Positions 42,318-52,853 of a stretch of 64,000 nucleotides of DNA are shown piece by piece. The DNA lies in NCBI GenBank assembly GCA_963675755.2, contig CAXXMD010000003.1, positions 1,312,001-1,376,000 of the forward strand, given 5' to 3'. The position numbers were made by a program, and so were the translations under genes. The stretch comes from a bacterium (GTDB lineage: Bacteria > Zhuqueibacterota > Zhuqueibacteria > Residuimicrobiales > Krinioviventaceae). The number at the start of each line of letters is the position of its first letter. The first letter of the stretch is position 1. Below the pieces are notes generated by a model. It was given only the letters and a program-made list of their open reading frames with translations. It was not told the origin of the DNA and did no database searches.

Positions 42318-42475
42318 TATCGCTTCTTTCTTATCAATTGAATTTTCAGTGACAAAGAATTGACTACCCATATTTATTGTAACAATTCCGATGCTTTTTA
42401 ACAATTAAAAAATGTATACTAGAAAAAATTCCCCGTGTCACTCACTATATCTTTGTAAAGAACATTAATGTTTAC

Positions 42476-42516
42476 AAAAAACCACCCGAGGGACTCGAGC
42501 CCTCGGGTGGTTTTTT
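42476..42516 (-). terminator. Rho-independent terminator after GH92 copy A
   Basis: AAAAAACCACCCGAGGG-N7-CCCTCGGGTGGTTTTTT. Confidence 0.85.
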
Positions 42517-42517
42517 C

Positions 42518-45514
42518 CTAATGCACCAGTACCGATTTAGGCACGAGCTGCTTCTTGAATCCCGGTCCTTCCCACTTGAACTCTAGATCAAGAACGCCGC
42601 CATTCTGAAAATACTGTACACGAATGGGATGCATTCCCTTTTTTAAAGGTATGGTATTAAACAGCTCCATTGTTGGGTGCAAACCATCACTGTTCACAAC
42701 CGTACGATTATCAATAAACAATTTAGAACCATCATTAGAATTCAGAAAAAATGTATATCTGCCATCCTGTGGAATGTTAATATACCCTTTGAATTCGTAG
42801 GCAAAAAAGCTGTCTTTTTTGCGGATGCTTAGATCCACCTGCTCTGCAACACCGGTTTCAACCGGATCTGTGCCTTCAAAATCACTCATGGTGGCAAACG
42901 TACCTTCGTAATAGGTATATGCCAAACCGGGTTCCACCTTACCGGGATTCACAGCTTCTACCATCACCGCTTTGGTCAGAACGGCTGTATTGGTCAAACT
43001 GGCACGTCCGTCTTTGAACGCTCGTATTTTCAGCGTTGTGTCTTTGGTAATATCAAACTGTCCCGTGTATTTCCGGGATTTCTGTGTGGGTGTTGTTCCG
43101 TTCAGCGTGTAATAAATTTCCGTGCCTTTGGTATCACAAACAAGTTCTACCTCGGCTTTGTCTGTAAACAACCGGCAGTCACTTGCAATATACGGAGTAG
43201 TAATCAATTCAGGTACATTGTCTCTTGGGGGACGTTTGGAAAGATCAGACGCCCATGCTTCATTGGGTTTTGGCCCCATTTGCAATACCAGCTCTCCGCC
43301 TTTGACCAATTCGGAATGCGGAAACCAGAATGTATCCAAAGGTTTACCATTCAATGTCGCGGATTGGATGTATCGGTTTTTTTTCGAATTGTTCACTGCT
43401 GAGATTACAAATTGTTTGCCGGAATAATATTCGGAATCCAATGTAATGGTTGCTTTTTCAAAAAGCGGACTGCTGATCTCGTAAAAGGGATTCACCGCAC
43501 AGCCGCCATCCATTTCAAACAACCCCAATGCCGCCATCACAAACCATGAACCCATCTGACCCTGGTCTTCATCACCGGGGTACCCATTCACCGGCCCGGT
43601 ACCATAATAGTAGTCCAGAATCTCCCGCGCCCAGTACTGGGTAAGCCAGGGCTTGCCGGAATAGTTGAACAGGAACGCTGCCTGCATGTTAGGCTGGTTA
43701 CTGTGATTTACATACTGACTGGTAAAATTGGGTCGCGCTTTTTCAAATCCATCATTCAGGCGATCATTAAACTCGTCCTGACCAAGCAAATCCATCAATC
43801 CCTGCACATCCTGGGGGGCAAACCAGGTATATTGCCAGCCATTGCCTTCAACATAATCCTTGCTGCCAAAATTATCTTCTTTGCCTTTTGCTTTCACAAC
43901 CGGTTCAAAATCGCGCTGCCAGGGTCCGCCTTCATGTTTGGGTCGGGTGTATTTGGTAGAGGGATCAAAAACATTTTTATAATATTGCGCGCGCTGCATA
44001 AAATTCTGATAATCTTCCTGCTGGTCCATGGACTTTGCAAACTGGGCAAAACACCAATCATCATAGGCGTATTCAAGCGTATTCGAAACCTGGCCTATAT
44101 CCGCGGGTACATACCCAATCCGCATATAAGGTGAGAGATGACGATTGCCTACAAAGCCTCCACACTCGTGTGCACGTCCCGGAATGGTCTGAATTTCCCG
44201 AATAGCCTTGTACGCTTTTTCCACATCAAAATTACGAATGCCTTTTTGATACGCGGATACAATCAACGGGATCTCGTGCGAGGCAACCATAATGCTGGAA
44301 TACTCGATCCCTCCCGGTCCCTTGGGCAGCCAGCCACCGCAATCATAGATGGTGAGCAAAGATTTTACCCAGGAATTCATAACATCCGGTGTTAGCATTG
44401 ACCAGAGCTGGTTCAAATTCCAAAAGGTGTTCCAAAATGCATCGCAACCGTAAACCGGTGAGCTTTTATCCTCAGTCTGCTTTTGTTCTTCACACATGTC
44501 GGTAAACATGCCATTCACATCACTGAATATGGTACGTGCGGAATATGAGCGGTACAGGTTGGTATAAAACTTTTCAAAATCGGTTTTCGTTCCGCCTTCA
44601 ACTTTGATCTTGCTCAACAAATCATTCCAGGTATTTCTCGTGCTCATGTGCACTGCGTCAAAATCCCAGCCAAAACCACCCATCTCGGTTTCCAGGTTCA
44701 ATCGCGCCTGTTTAATGCTGACAAACGAGATACCGGTTCTTAGTAAAACCTCCTGACCTTCTGTGGTCTTGAAATTCACATAAACACCTACATCCTTGTC
44801 TCCCACAATCTCCAAATTGTCAATATTCTCCTGCACATTGGAATCAACCCATCCATTCATAGAGTCAAAAGGATGATCAAATTCGGCTGCAAAATAAATG
44901 ATATACTCGTTCCAGCCTTTTTCTTTTTCAATGTAACCTTCAACACCGGTATTACCCACTCGTTTTGCATAGGCTTTTTTGGACTCGGTTTGGTTTTCAT
45001 CCGGTATTTTGAGATCAAACAATACATGCGCGTTATCGGATTGGGGAAAGGTATAGCGCTGCATGCCGGCACGGGTTGTTGCAGTTAACTCTGCTTTTAC
45101 GTCATAGTCTAACAGATCCACGCTGAAATAGCCGGGAGAAGCGGATTCCCGCTTGTGGCTGATGCGAGAACGATACCCGGAATCGGGATCATCTTCAGCG
45201 CCGGGAACGGTTTTCACATCTCCGGTCACCGGCATATTGATAAAACTGCTTACATGCCAGGCATGAATAAAACTGAATCCGCTGTAACTTTCAATTGTAT
45301 ATTCATAACCGGTATCCAACGCATGCGCATCGTAATTGTCGGGACTGAGTTTAACCATTCCAAAGGGCATGGTAACACCGGGGAAAAGCATCCAGCGGCA
45401 GCTTGACGTGCCGGCAAACATGTTGACATAATCCACCGGTTCTTTGGGAGCCGTAGAACATGACAACGACGATAGGACGATCAAAATTAACAGTAAAAAC
45501 TTGGGTACTTTCAT
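42518..45514 (-). CDS. GH92 alpha-mannosidase-family lipoprotein with Fn3-like and PA14 domains, copy A
   Basis: True start MKVPK at 45514 after GGAGG; lipobox LSC; PFGMVKLSPD, TLEYAYDDW, EGNGWQY, GDEDQGQM. Confidence 0.9.
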   Translation of the reverse strand: MKVPKFLLLILIVLSSLSCSTAPKEPVDYVNMFAGTSSCRWMLFPGVTMPFGMVKLSPDNYDAHALDTGYEYTIESYSGFSFIHAWHVSSFINMPVTGDVKTVPGAEDDPDSGYRSRISHKRESASPGYFSVDLLDYDVKAELTATTRAGMQRYTFPQSDNAHVLFDLKIPDENQTESKKAYAKRVGNTGVEGYIEKEKGWNEYIIYFAAEFDHPFDSMNGWVDSNVQENIDNLEIVGDKDVGVYVNFKTTEGQEVLLRTGISFVSIKQARLNLETEMGGFGWDFDAVHMSTRNTWNDLLSKIKVEGGTKTDFEKFYTNLYRSYSARTIFSDVNGMFTDMCEEQKQTEDKSSPVYGCDAFWNTFWNLNQLWSMLTPDVMNSWVKSLLTIYDCGGWLPKGPGGIEYSSIMVASHEIPLIVSAYQKGIRNFDVEKAYKAIREIQTIPGRAHECGGFVGNRHLSPYMRIGYVPADIGQVSNTLEYAYDDWCFAQFAKSMDQQEDYQNFMQRAQYYKNVFDPSTKYTRPKHEGGPWQRDFEPVVKAKGKEDNFGSKDYVEGNGWQYTWFAPQDVQGLMDLLGQDEFNDRLNDGFEKARPNFTSQYVNHSNQPNMQAAFLFNYSGKPWLTQYWAREILDYYYGTGPVNGYPGDEDQGQMGSWFVMAALGLFEMDGGCAVNPFYEISSPLFEKATITLDSEYYSGKQFVISAVNNSKKNRYIQSATLNGKPLDTFWFPHSELVKGGELVLQMGPKPNEAWASDLSKRPPRDNVPELITTPYIASDCRLFTDKAEVELVCDTKGTEIYYTLNGTTPTQKSRKYTGQFDITKDTTLKIRAFKDGRASLTNTAVLTKAVMVEAVNPGKVEPGLAYTYYEGTFATMSDFEGTDPVETGVAEQVDLSIRKKDSFFAYEFKGYINIPQDGRYTFFLNSNDGSKLFIDNRTVVNSDGLHPTMELFNTIPLKKGMHPIRVQYFQNGGVLDLEFKWEGPGFKKQLVPKSVLVH

Positions 45515-45583
45515 AACACCTCCCATAACCAAAATTAAATATTTAAAGAAATTTTCAGATACCGGACCGGTCTGTCCTAAATC

Positions 45584-45611
45584 CACCCGAGGGAAACCTG
45601 GCCCTCGGGTG
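45584..45611 (-). terminator. Duplicated terminator hairpin lacking a good U tract
   Basis: CACCCGAGGG-N8-CCCTCGGGTG, same stem as 42476-42516. Confidence 0.6.
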
Positions 45612-45620
45612 ATGAAATTT

Positions 45621-48620
45621 CTAATGCACCAACACCTCTTTGGGTACAAACTTTCTTTTGAATCCCGGGCCTTCCCATTTGAATTCCAGATCCAGACTGC
45701 CTCCATTCTGAAAATACTGTACCCGAATAGGGTGCATTCCCTTTTTCAACGATAGGGTATTAAACCGCTCCAAAGTCGGGTGCAATCCGTCACTGTTTAT
45801 AATCGTTCGCTTATCAATAAACAGTTTGGACCCGTCATTGGATTTCAGAAAAAATGAATACAAACCGTCCTGGGGAATGTTAATATAGCCCTCAAACTCG
45901 TAGGCAAAATAGCTGTCTTTTTTACGGATACTCACGTCCACCTGTTCCGCTACACCGGTTTCTTCCGGGTCCGTGCCCTCAAAGTCGCTCATGGAGGCAA
46001 AAGTCCCTTCATAGTAGGTGTATGCCAATCCGGGCTCCACTTTACCTGGATTCACAGCATCAACCATAACGGCTTTGGTCAGAATTGCGGTATTGGTCAG
46101 GCTGGAACGTTCTCCCTTGAACGCGCGTATTTTCAGGGTGGTATTTTTCGATACGGTAAACGGTCCCGTATAACGCAGGGATTTGCGTGTCGGTGTTGTT
46201 CCGTTCAGGGTATAGTGGATTTCCGTTCCCTCAGTATCACAAATGAGTTCCACCTCGGTGTTGTCCATAAACATACGGTTGTCCTTTGCAAGATACGGAG
46301 TAGTGATCAATGGGGGGACATCCTCTCTCGGAGGACGTTTACTCAGATCTGACGCCCACGATTCGTTGGGTTTGGAGCCCATTTGCAGCACCAGTTCACC
46401 GCCTTTGACCAGATCCGAATGCGGAAACCAGAACGTCTCCAAAGGTTTGCCGTTCAGAGTAGCGGACTGGATATATCTGTTCTTTTTCGAATTGTTGACC
46501 GCATGGATAACAAACTGCTTGCCTGAATAATAATCGGAATCCAGCTCAATAGTGATTTTTTCAAAAAGCGGACTGGTGATCTCGTAAAAAGGGTCCACTG
46601 CGCAGCCGCCATCTATTTCAAACAATCCCAGGGCTGCCATCACGTACCATGAGCTCATTTGTCCCTGGTCCTCATCGCCGGGATAACCGTTGAGCGGCCC
46701 GGTCCCGTAATAATAGTCCAAAATCTCCCGCGACCAGTACTGTGTAAGCCAGGGCTTGCCGGAATAGTTGAATAAAAACGCAGCCTGCATATTGGGTTGG
46801 TTACTGTGATTGACATACTGGCTGGTAAAATTGGGGCGCGCTTTTTCAAATCCATCATTCAAGCGATCGTTAAACTCGTCGATCCCCAGTAAATCAACCA
46901 GTCCCTGAACATCCTGGGGAGCAAACCAGGTATATTGCCAAGCATTGCCTTCTAGATAATCCTTGCTGCCAAAATTATCTTCTTTGCCCTTTGCTTTCAT
47001 AACCGGTTCAAAATATTGCTGCCAAGGTCCGCCTTCATGTTTGGGCCGGGTATAATGAGTGGTGGGATCAAAAACATTCTTGAAATATTGTGCGCGCTGA
47101 CTGAATTCCTGGTAATCCGCTTTCCGGTCCATTGCTTTTGCAAATTGGGCAAAACACCAGTCATCATAGGCATATTCAAGCGTAATGGAAACCTGGCCAA
47201 TATCCGCGGGAACATAGCCGATCTCCATGTAGGGCTTGAGATGACGGTTGCCCACATGTCCTCCGCACTCGTGCGCTATGCCGGGAGTGGTTTGAATTTC
47301 CCGAATGGCCTTGTATGCTTTTTCTATATCATAATTGCGGATGCCTTTTTGATACGCGGATACGATCAGCGGGATCTCGTGCGAGGCAACCATGATACTG
47401 GAGTATTCGATGCCGCCCGGTCCCTTGGGCAGCCAGCCGCCGCAATCGTAAATGGTCAGCAAAGAGTTGACCCATTTGTTCATAATATCGGGAGTCACCA
47501 GCGACCAGAGCTGGTTCAGGTTCCAAAAGGTGTTCCAGAACGCGTCACAGCCATACACTGGGGAATCGGGATCGTCGAGCTGCTGTACTTTTTCGCACAT
47601 GTCCATGAACTTGCCGTTTGCGTCACTGAACATGGTACGCGCCGAATAAGAACGGTACAGGTTGGTGTAAAACTTTTCAAAATCATCTTCCTTACCACCT
47701 TCAACATTTATCTTGCTAAAGAGATCGCTCCAGGTGTTTCTGGCGTTTTGATGCACCGCGTCAAAGTCCCAGCCGAATGCTGCCATTTCGGTGTTCATAT
47801 TCAACCTTGCCTGATCAATACTGACATATGAAATACCGGTCCGCAGCAGGACCTCCTGGTCTTTTTCAGTCTTGAAATTAACATATACGCCCATATCCTT
47901 GTCTTCCATAACTTCAAGATCATCAATGTTTTCATGGACAATGGTATCAATCCATCCGCCCATAGACTCGAAAGGACGATCAAACTCGGCTGCAAAATAG
48001 AGAATATACTGGTTCCAGTCTTTTTCCTTTTCAATATATCCTTCCACACCTGTATCACCCACTTTTTTTGCATAAGCCCTTTTGATTTCGTACTGTAATT
48101 CATCCGGGATTATAAGATCAAACAGTACACGGGCATTATCGGATTGGGGAAAGGTATAACGCTGCATTCCCGCGCGGGTAGTGGCCGTCAATTCCGCCTT
48201 TATATCATAATCCAGTAAATCCACACTGAAATAACCGGGTGATGCGCATTCCCGCTTGTGGCTGATGCGAGAACGATACCCAGAATCGGGATCGTCTTCC
48301 GCACCGGGAACCGTTTTCAACTCACCTGTTACCGGCATATTGAGGAAACTGCTCATTTGCCAGGAATGGACATAACCAAATCCACAGTAACTCTCGATTG
48401 TGTATTCATACCCGGTATCGAGTGCGTGCGCGTCGTAATTATTGGGACTGAGTTTTACCATCCCAAAAGGCATGGTTGCCCCGGGGAACAGCATCCATCG
48501 GCTGCTTGAGGTCCCGGCAAACATGTTGACATAATCCACCGGTTCTTTGAGAGCCGTGGAACATGACAACGACGATAGGATTATAAATAACGATATCACA
48601 ATCCAGAGTGACTTTTTCAT
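45621..48620 (-). CDS. GH92 family lipoprotein with Fn3-like and PA14 domains, copy B
   Basis: Same motifs, colinear with copy A. Confidence 0.9.
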   Translation of the reverse strand: MKKSLWIVISLFIILSSLSCSTALKEPVDYVNMFAGTSSSRWMLFPGATMPFGMVKLSPNNYDAHALDTGYEYTIESYCGFGYVHSWQMSSFLNMPVTGELKTVPGAEDDPDSGYRSRISHKRECASPGYFSVDLLDYDIKAELTATTRAGMQRYTFPQSDNARVLFDLIIPDELQYEIKRAYAKKVGDTGVEGYIEKEKDWNQYILYFAAEFDRPFESMGGWIDTIVHENIDDLEVMEDKDMGVYVNFKTEKDQEVLLRTGISYVSIDQARLNMNTEMAAFGWDFDAVHQNARNTWSDLFSKINVEGGKEDDFEKFYTNLYRSYSARTMFSDANGKFMDMCEKVQQLDDPDSPVYGCDAFWNTFWNLNQLWSLVTPDIMNKWVNSLLTIYDCGGWLPKGPGGIEYSSIMVASHEIPLIVSAYQKGIRNYDIEKAYKAIREIQTTPGIAHECGGHVGNRHLKPYMEIGYVPADIGQVSITLEYAYDDWCFAQFAKAMDRKADYQEFSQRAQYFKNVFDPTTHYTRPKHEGGPWQQYFEPVMKAKGKEDNFGSKDYLEGNAWQYTWFAPQDVQGLVDLLGIDEFNDRLNDGFEKARPNFTSQYVNHSNQPNMQAAFLFNYSGKPWLTQYWSREILDYYYGTGPLNGYPGDEDQGQMSSWYVMAALGLFEIDGGCAVDPFYEITSPLFEKITIELDSDYYSGKQFVIHAVNNSKKNRYIQSATLNGKPLETFWFPHSDLVKGGELVLQMGSKPNESWASDLSKRPPREDVPPLITTPYLAKDNRMFMDNTEVELICDTEGTEIHYTLNGTTPTRKSLRYTGPFTVSKNTTLKIRAFKGERSSLTNTAILTKAVMVDAVNPGKVEPGLAYTYYEGTFASMSDFEGTDPEETGVAEQVDVSIRKKDSYFAYEFEGYINIPQDGLYSFFLKSNDGSKLFIDKRTIINSDGLHPTLERFNTLSLKKGMHPIRVQYFQNGGSLDLEFKWEGPGFKRKFVPKEVLVH

Positions 48621-48669
48621 GATTCATTCCTTAATATAATAGAACAAAATCCTAGTATTATTAAAATTT

Positions 48670-48760
48670 ACCACAGATAAACGCAGATTAATACAGATAA
48701 AATTTATTTATAACGCTTGCCTTCTATTTTTATCTGCGTTCATCCATGTGCATCAGTGGT
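48670..48760. repeat. 10-nt-period inverted repeat element (CACAGATAAA)n...(ATCTGCGTTC)n
   Basis: ACCACAGATAAACGCAGATTAATACAGAT ... ATCTGCGTTCATCCATGTGCATCAGTGGT. Confidence 0.75.
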
Positions 48761-48816
48761 TAATTATTTATTTCTTTTTGCGATCTTTGTGGCTTTGTGG
48801 TTCAAATTTTTAATTG

Positions 48817-50616
48817 TCACTTTGTTTCATTTTCTGCCGGTGGCAGATGATCATACCAGGTAAATTTCAAAACAATAGCACTCACCAAGGCAACCATAAA
48901 CCACAGTATTGCCTTACCATACCAGTGCCCTACCAGAAACATGGGAGACAAATACAATCCGCATACAGCAGCCATGGCAATCAATACATTGATTATTGCC
49001 AGCTTGCCGCTTTCGGAGAAATTGTTCAACTCGGGTTCACTCAATTTCGATTTTCCACGCACCGATTTCCAGGCACCGAAAGGACGTACAGAATCATAAA
49101 ACCGGACCAGTATTGAATCGTCTACCGGAGCGGTTTTATAGGATACAACAATACACAAAATCAGAGATGTTATCGCAATCGCCGGGAATACAATATACAC
49201 AGGGATTGAAGGATAAATCAGGGCTATAAGCGACAAGAGGATCCCGCCGAATGTACCCCACGAATATCCCCATCCGTTCAATCGCCACCAATACCAGCGC
49301 AGTACATTAGGGACCACCACACCGGCACCCAGCGCCATCATAATCCAGCTCCAGATCTGGGCAATGGATGTTGCAAAGAACCCGATTACAAGGCCCACAA
49401 TTACGATTAGCAAAGACGCAACCCGACTGATGCGGATACTCTGTACTTCACTTTCACCGGGCTTGATATAAACCTCCCAGATGTCTTTAACAACAAACGA
49501 AGCGCCGCTGTTCACAATAGAGCTAAATGTGGACATGAACGCCGCCAGCAAACCCGCAATAACGAGTCCGCGTATACCTGTTGGCAGGTATTGCATTAAC
49601 ACAATAGGCATAACCTTTTCAGAGTCGGTCACACCGGTAACACCCGCTAGTGCCAGCAGGGCAATACCAATGGTCATGGCCCAGCGCACAATCAGAAAAA
49701 AGCTCCATGCCGCTCCCACCTTGGCAGCATCGCGGGGATGACGCGCCGCCAGGAATCGCTGAAAGTCATACATCTGCGCGGGTCCGCCGGCATTGAGCAA
49801 CAATCCTTTCATGATCCAGACGATTACCAGCGCACCAAAAAATTCAAATTCCGCACCGCTCTGCTCCGGAATTCGCCAGGGAATATGTAAAGACGTCCAG
49901 TCTGATGGTAGATTGGAAAGCAGTTGGGGATCCAGTTTGGACCAGGCAATAAAAGCTATAAATATACTACCCAGGGTAAGCACCAGCGTCTGGATTACAT
50001 CCGTGACCACCACGCTATAAAGTCCGCCAAGGATCACATAAAGTGTGGTAATTCCCATCACCAGAACCGCTAGAATATCGGGTTGGTGGGCAAGAATCCA
50101 GGATTGCATGGACGCATTAAAGAATCCCGCAATCGGTGCCAGTGAGATATAAACCGACGCAAACTTGCCAATTCCCTGGTACGCGTAACCGATAAAACTG
50201 CACAAGGTTAAAATTGCCATAATCGCATACGCGGTTCGTGCCAGTCTGCCTCCGGTATCGTCACCAAAGCGGGTTTTCATCCATTCCGCGGCAGTCATGA
50301 CGTTGGAGCGCCGCACCCATTTGCCCATATAGGCCATGAAAAACGCAGCCATGTAAAATCCCCACATCCAGTGGTGCCACATGGACTTCATCCCCAGTAC
50401 AAACAGGATGGAAACGATCCACATGGTTCCGGTAATGTCAAATGTTGAAACCGAACCGGACATGGCCAGGGGCAGCCAGTGAATGTTTTTACCGCCAAGA
50501 AAATAAGATTCAAGATTTTGAGATGCTTTTTTCTGATACCAGAAACCAAAAGCGAGAACGACGAGAAAATACAGCGCAATGATACTATAATCCACGGATT
50601 GCATAGGGGACCTCAA
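48817..50616 (-). CDS. Sodium:solute symporter (SSS) family sugar transporter
   Basis: YFLGGK, YVILGGLYSVVVTDVIQ, QRFLAAR, GLLAAFMSTFSS; many TMs. Confidence 0.9.
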   Translation of the reverse strand: MRSPMQSVDYSIIALYFLVVLAFGFWYQKKASQNLESYFLGGKNIHWLPLAMSGSVSTFDITGTMWIVSILFVLGMKSMWHHWMWGFYMAAFFMAYMGKWVRRSNVMTAAEWMKTRFGDDTGGRLARTAYAIMAILTLCSFIGYAYQGIGKFASVYISLAPIAGFFNASMQSWILAHQPDILAVLVMGITTLYVILGGLYSVVVTDVIQTLVLTLGSIFIAFIAWSKLDPQLLSNLPSDWTSLHIPWRIPEQSGAEFEFFGALVIVWIMKGLLLNAGGPAQMYDFQRFLAARHPRDAAKVGAAWSFFLIVRWAMTIGIALLALAGVTGVTDSEKVMPIVLMQYLPTGIRGLVIAGLLAAFMSTFSSIVNSGASFVVKDIWEVYIKPGESEVQSIRISRVASLLIVIVGLVIGFFATSIAQIWSWIMMALGAGVVVPNVLRWYWWRLNGWGYSWGTFGGILLSLIALIYPSIPVYIVFPAIAITSLILCIVVSYKTAPVDDSILVRFYDSVRPFGAWKSVRGKSKLSEPELNNFSESGKLAIINVLIAMAAVCGLYLSPMFLVGHWYGKAILWFMVALVSAIVLKFTWYDHLPPAENETK

Positions 50617-50775
50617 AAACAGTTAATTGGATTACTCCGGCGTATGGCCCGGACTGCGGAAAATATATAATATATTCGGTATTTCGTCAGGATTGTTGTA
50701 GAATGTAGATGAAATATGGTAGAAATGCAACAGGTTTATAAAGCCAAGATCTGTATCTATTCTCAAAACCAGGAA

Positions 50776-50806
50776 TGTTCGTGCCATAAATAATCTCTGT
50801 CACAAT
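50776..50806. repeat. Palindromic repeat family copy 4 (degenerate)
   Basis: TGTTCGTGCCATAAATAATCTCTGTCACAAT. Confidence 0.6.
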
Positions 50807-50912
50807 CCCTTGAATTTTATTATCGATATAAACAGAGAATTCTTCTCTTATCAGGCCCTTTATAATTTTTCAAAAATAGAAAGACAACTTTTTGTTATAA
50901 AAATGATCGTAT

Positions 50913-51311
50913 TTATTCAAGAATTTGAAAATGTTTGCTTCCTGTTGTTTTTTTGTCAAAAGTAATTGTAAATTCACAATCCTTTGATGAATTTATTTCC
51001 CCTATTAAATAATCAGGAAAATCAGCTGATCCTGATTTATATGCTCTCAATGCGTCCCAGGCAGCACTTGAATTTTCCACCAAAAGTTCAGATGTACATA
51101 GAATATTTTCTATAACCTCTGCTATCACTGTTTTATTATATTTATAGGCCCTTTTCAACACCCATACCAGTTCACAAAGAACTAAACTATTAATAAATCC
51201 CGGATGAGTAGTATTACAATTCGCTTCTAAATAATGACCCGCCTTTTGGGATTGTGAAGGATCGTCTTGAACAATATACCTAACAAGAACATTGGTATCA
51301 ATACCAATCAT
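50913..51311 (-). CDS. vapC: VapC PIN-domain toxin
   Basis: IDTNVLVRY..DD, LCELVWVL, ADFPD, TFD. Confidence 0.9.
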   Translation of the reverse strand: MIGIDTNVLVRYIVQDDPSQSQKAGHYLEANCNTTHPGFINSLVLCELVWVLKRAYKYNKTVIAEVIENILCTSELLVENSSAAWDALRAYKSGSADFPDYLIGEINSSKDCEFTITFDKKTTGSKHFQILE

Positions 51312-51544
51312 AATTTGCTTCCTTCATACTCTATGGCATTCTGCATATCTTCAAGACTGATAGCTTTATCCGGCTTTGGTACCATTCCTTTCAACCGGGA
51401 TAAAGGTTGGGTTACCGGAACAATCCTTAATCCCAATTCCGGATCATCTAAAAATTCAACCTTGTCACCAGATTGCAAACCGTATTTTTCACGAATTGCT
51501 TTAGGAACGGTTAACTGACCTTTTGATGTTATTGTAGATGTCAT
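51308..51544 (-). CDS. AbrB/MazE/SpoVT-family antitoxin
   Basis: ITSKGQLTVPKAIRE..GL..GDKVEF; 4-nt overlap with vapC. Confidence 0.9.
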   Translation of the reverse strand: MTSTITSKGQLTVPKAIREKYGLQSGDKVEFLDDPELGLRIVPVTQPLSRLKGMVPKPDKAISLEDMQNAIEYEGSKL

Positions 51545-51585
51545 ATTCCTTACCTTTACTTTTATTCCTTACTAAAGGTAAGAAA
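51545..51585. promoter_or_regulatory. Probable toxin-antitoxin autoregulatory operator
   Basis: Direct repeat ATTCCTTAC x2 and palindrome CTTAC-N5-GTAAG directly upstream of the antitoxin. Confidence 0.55.
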
Positions 51586-51665
51586 TCCATTAAATGCTGT
51601 CAATAATTATTTTTCTTTTTTAAAATTTTCTAATATATTTAAATAACAACTCTGGAGAATTTCCC

Positions 51666-52511
51666 ATGCATATACGTACCCTTACCGAATCAGATATTGA
51701 TTTCGCCTTTGAATGCACCCAGGACGAAGGCTGGTATGGCTTTGATCGCACGGTGTTTGAAGACTTGATTGCCTTTGACCCTAACGGCTGTTTTATTGCC
51801 GAACTGGATGCGCAGCCTGTTGGTATTTGCTTTTCCATTGCCTACCAAAACAATGGCTTCATTGGTTATTTTATTATGAAAGAATCCGTTCGGTGCCAGG
51901 GACTCGGCAGTCGATTGTTTGCCCATTCCATGGAGTATCTGGAAGCAAAAGGCATCCCCAATATCTATCTGGATGGCAATATACCCGCGGTGCCTATTTA
52001 CGAGCGCTACGGCCTGCATAAAAGCACTCTTTCACTCCGGTTTCTGGGCACTTTTGAGGGCAAACACCATGATAAAGTACGTCAAATGACAATTGAGGAT
52101 CTGAACCCAATCTGCAACATTGACCAGGAGTTGTTTGGAGATGACCGCAGTTTTTTTCTCAAAGAACGCTTTCGTCGCTTTGCTCCCTATTGTCTGGTTT
52201 CTGAATCAGAGAATGATATAGATGGTTATATTTTTGGCTATCCCGCTCCTGATGTTATTGCCGTTGCACCTCTTGCGATATTGAACAAAGACCAGGATCC
52301 CCTGCCGCTGCTGCAATCTCTTGCATTGATTGCGGAAAACCGGCCTTTCAGAATTGGAGTTCTGGAAAGCCATGAAAAAGCGGTACAATTCTTTCGGGCT
52401 ATTCCCAACCTGGAAGAAAGCGCGCCATGCTGGCGTATGGTTCTGGGCAACTCGGAAAGACTGGGCAACCATGAAAACCTGTGGGCTATTGGTTCAGCAG
52501 CAAAGGGGTGA
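51666..52511 (+). CDS. GNAT N-acetyltransferase (YitH-like two-domain)
   Basis: EGW, DPNGCFIAE, RCQGLGSRLF, YERYG, FGDDRS. Confidence 0.85.
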   Translation: MHIRTLTESDIDFAFECTQDEGWYGFDRTVFEDLIAFDPNGCFIAELDAQPVGICFSIAYQNNGFIGYFIMKESVRCQGLGSRLFAHSMEYLEAKGIPNIYLDGNIPAVPIYERYGLHKSTLSLRFLGTFEGKHHDKVRQMTIEDLNPICNIDQELFGDDRSFFLKERFRRFAPYCLVSESENDIDGYIFGYPAPDVIAVAPLAILNKDQDPLPLLQSLALIAENRPFRIGVLESHEKAVQFFRAIPNLEESAPCWRMVLGNSERLGNHENLWAIGSAAKG

Positions 52512-52544
52512 TGAATTTAGAACATTATTCTATCGTCAATAAAA

Positions 52545-52575
52545 TGATCGTGACGGAGATAATCTCCGCCATGAG
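52545..52575. repeat. Palindromic repeat family copy 5
   Basis: TGATCGTGACGGAGATAATCTCCGCCATGAG. Confidence 0.8.
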
Positions 52576-52853
52576 AAAAAAATTTGCAAGCTGAATCTAA
52601 AATAGAAAACCAGCCCACAAAACACACGAATAATCACGAAAAAAACGGTTTTCAAATTTGGTTTTTTGCAGTCATGGTTAATTCTTGATTTAAATAAATA
52701 ATAGATATCCATCTTGTGAGCAGAGAAAATAGCTTTTCTTTGCGCTCTCTGCATAATCATGGTGTACTTTGCGTTTTGTCTTTTATGAAATCCATTGTAA
52801 AAAATTAACTTTCCATACAATAATTTTCCACCCTTTTCGTCTATAATAGTGAG

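Noticed and set aside
45515-45706. 64-aa N-terminal extension of the GH92 copy A ORF
   Set aside because: It overlaps the end of copy B and its terminator. The ATG at 45514 has a GGAGG RBS and a signal peptide matching copy B.
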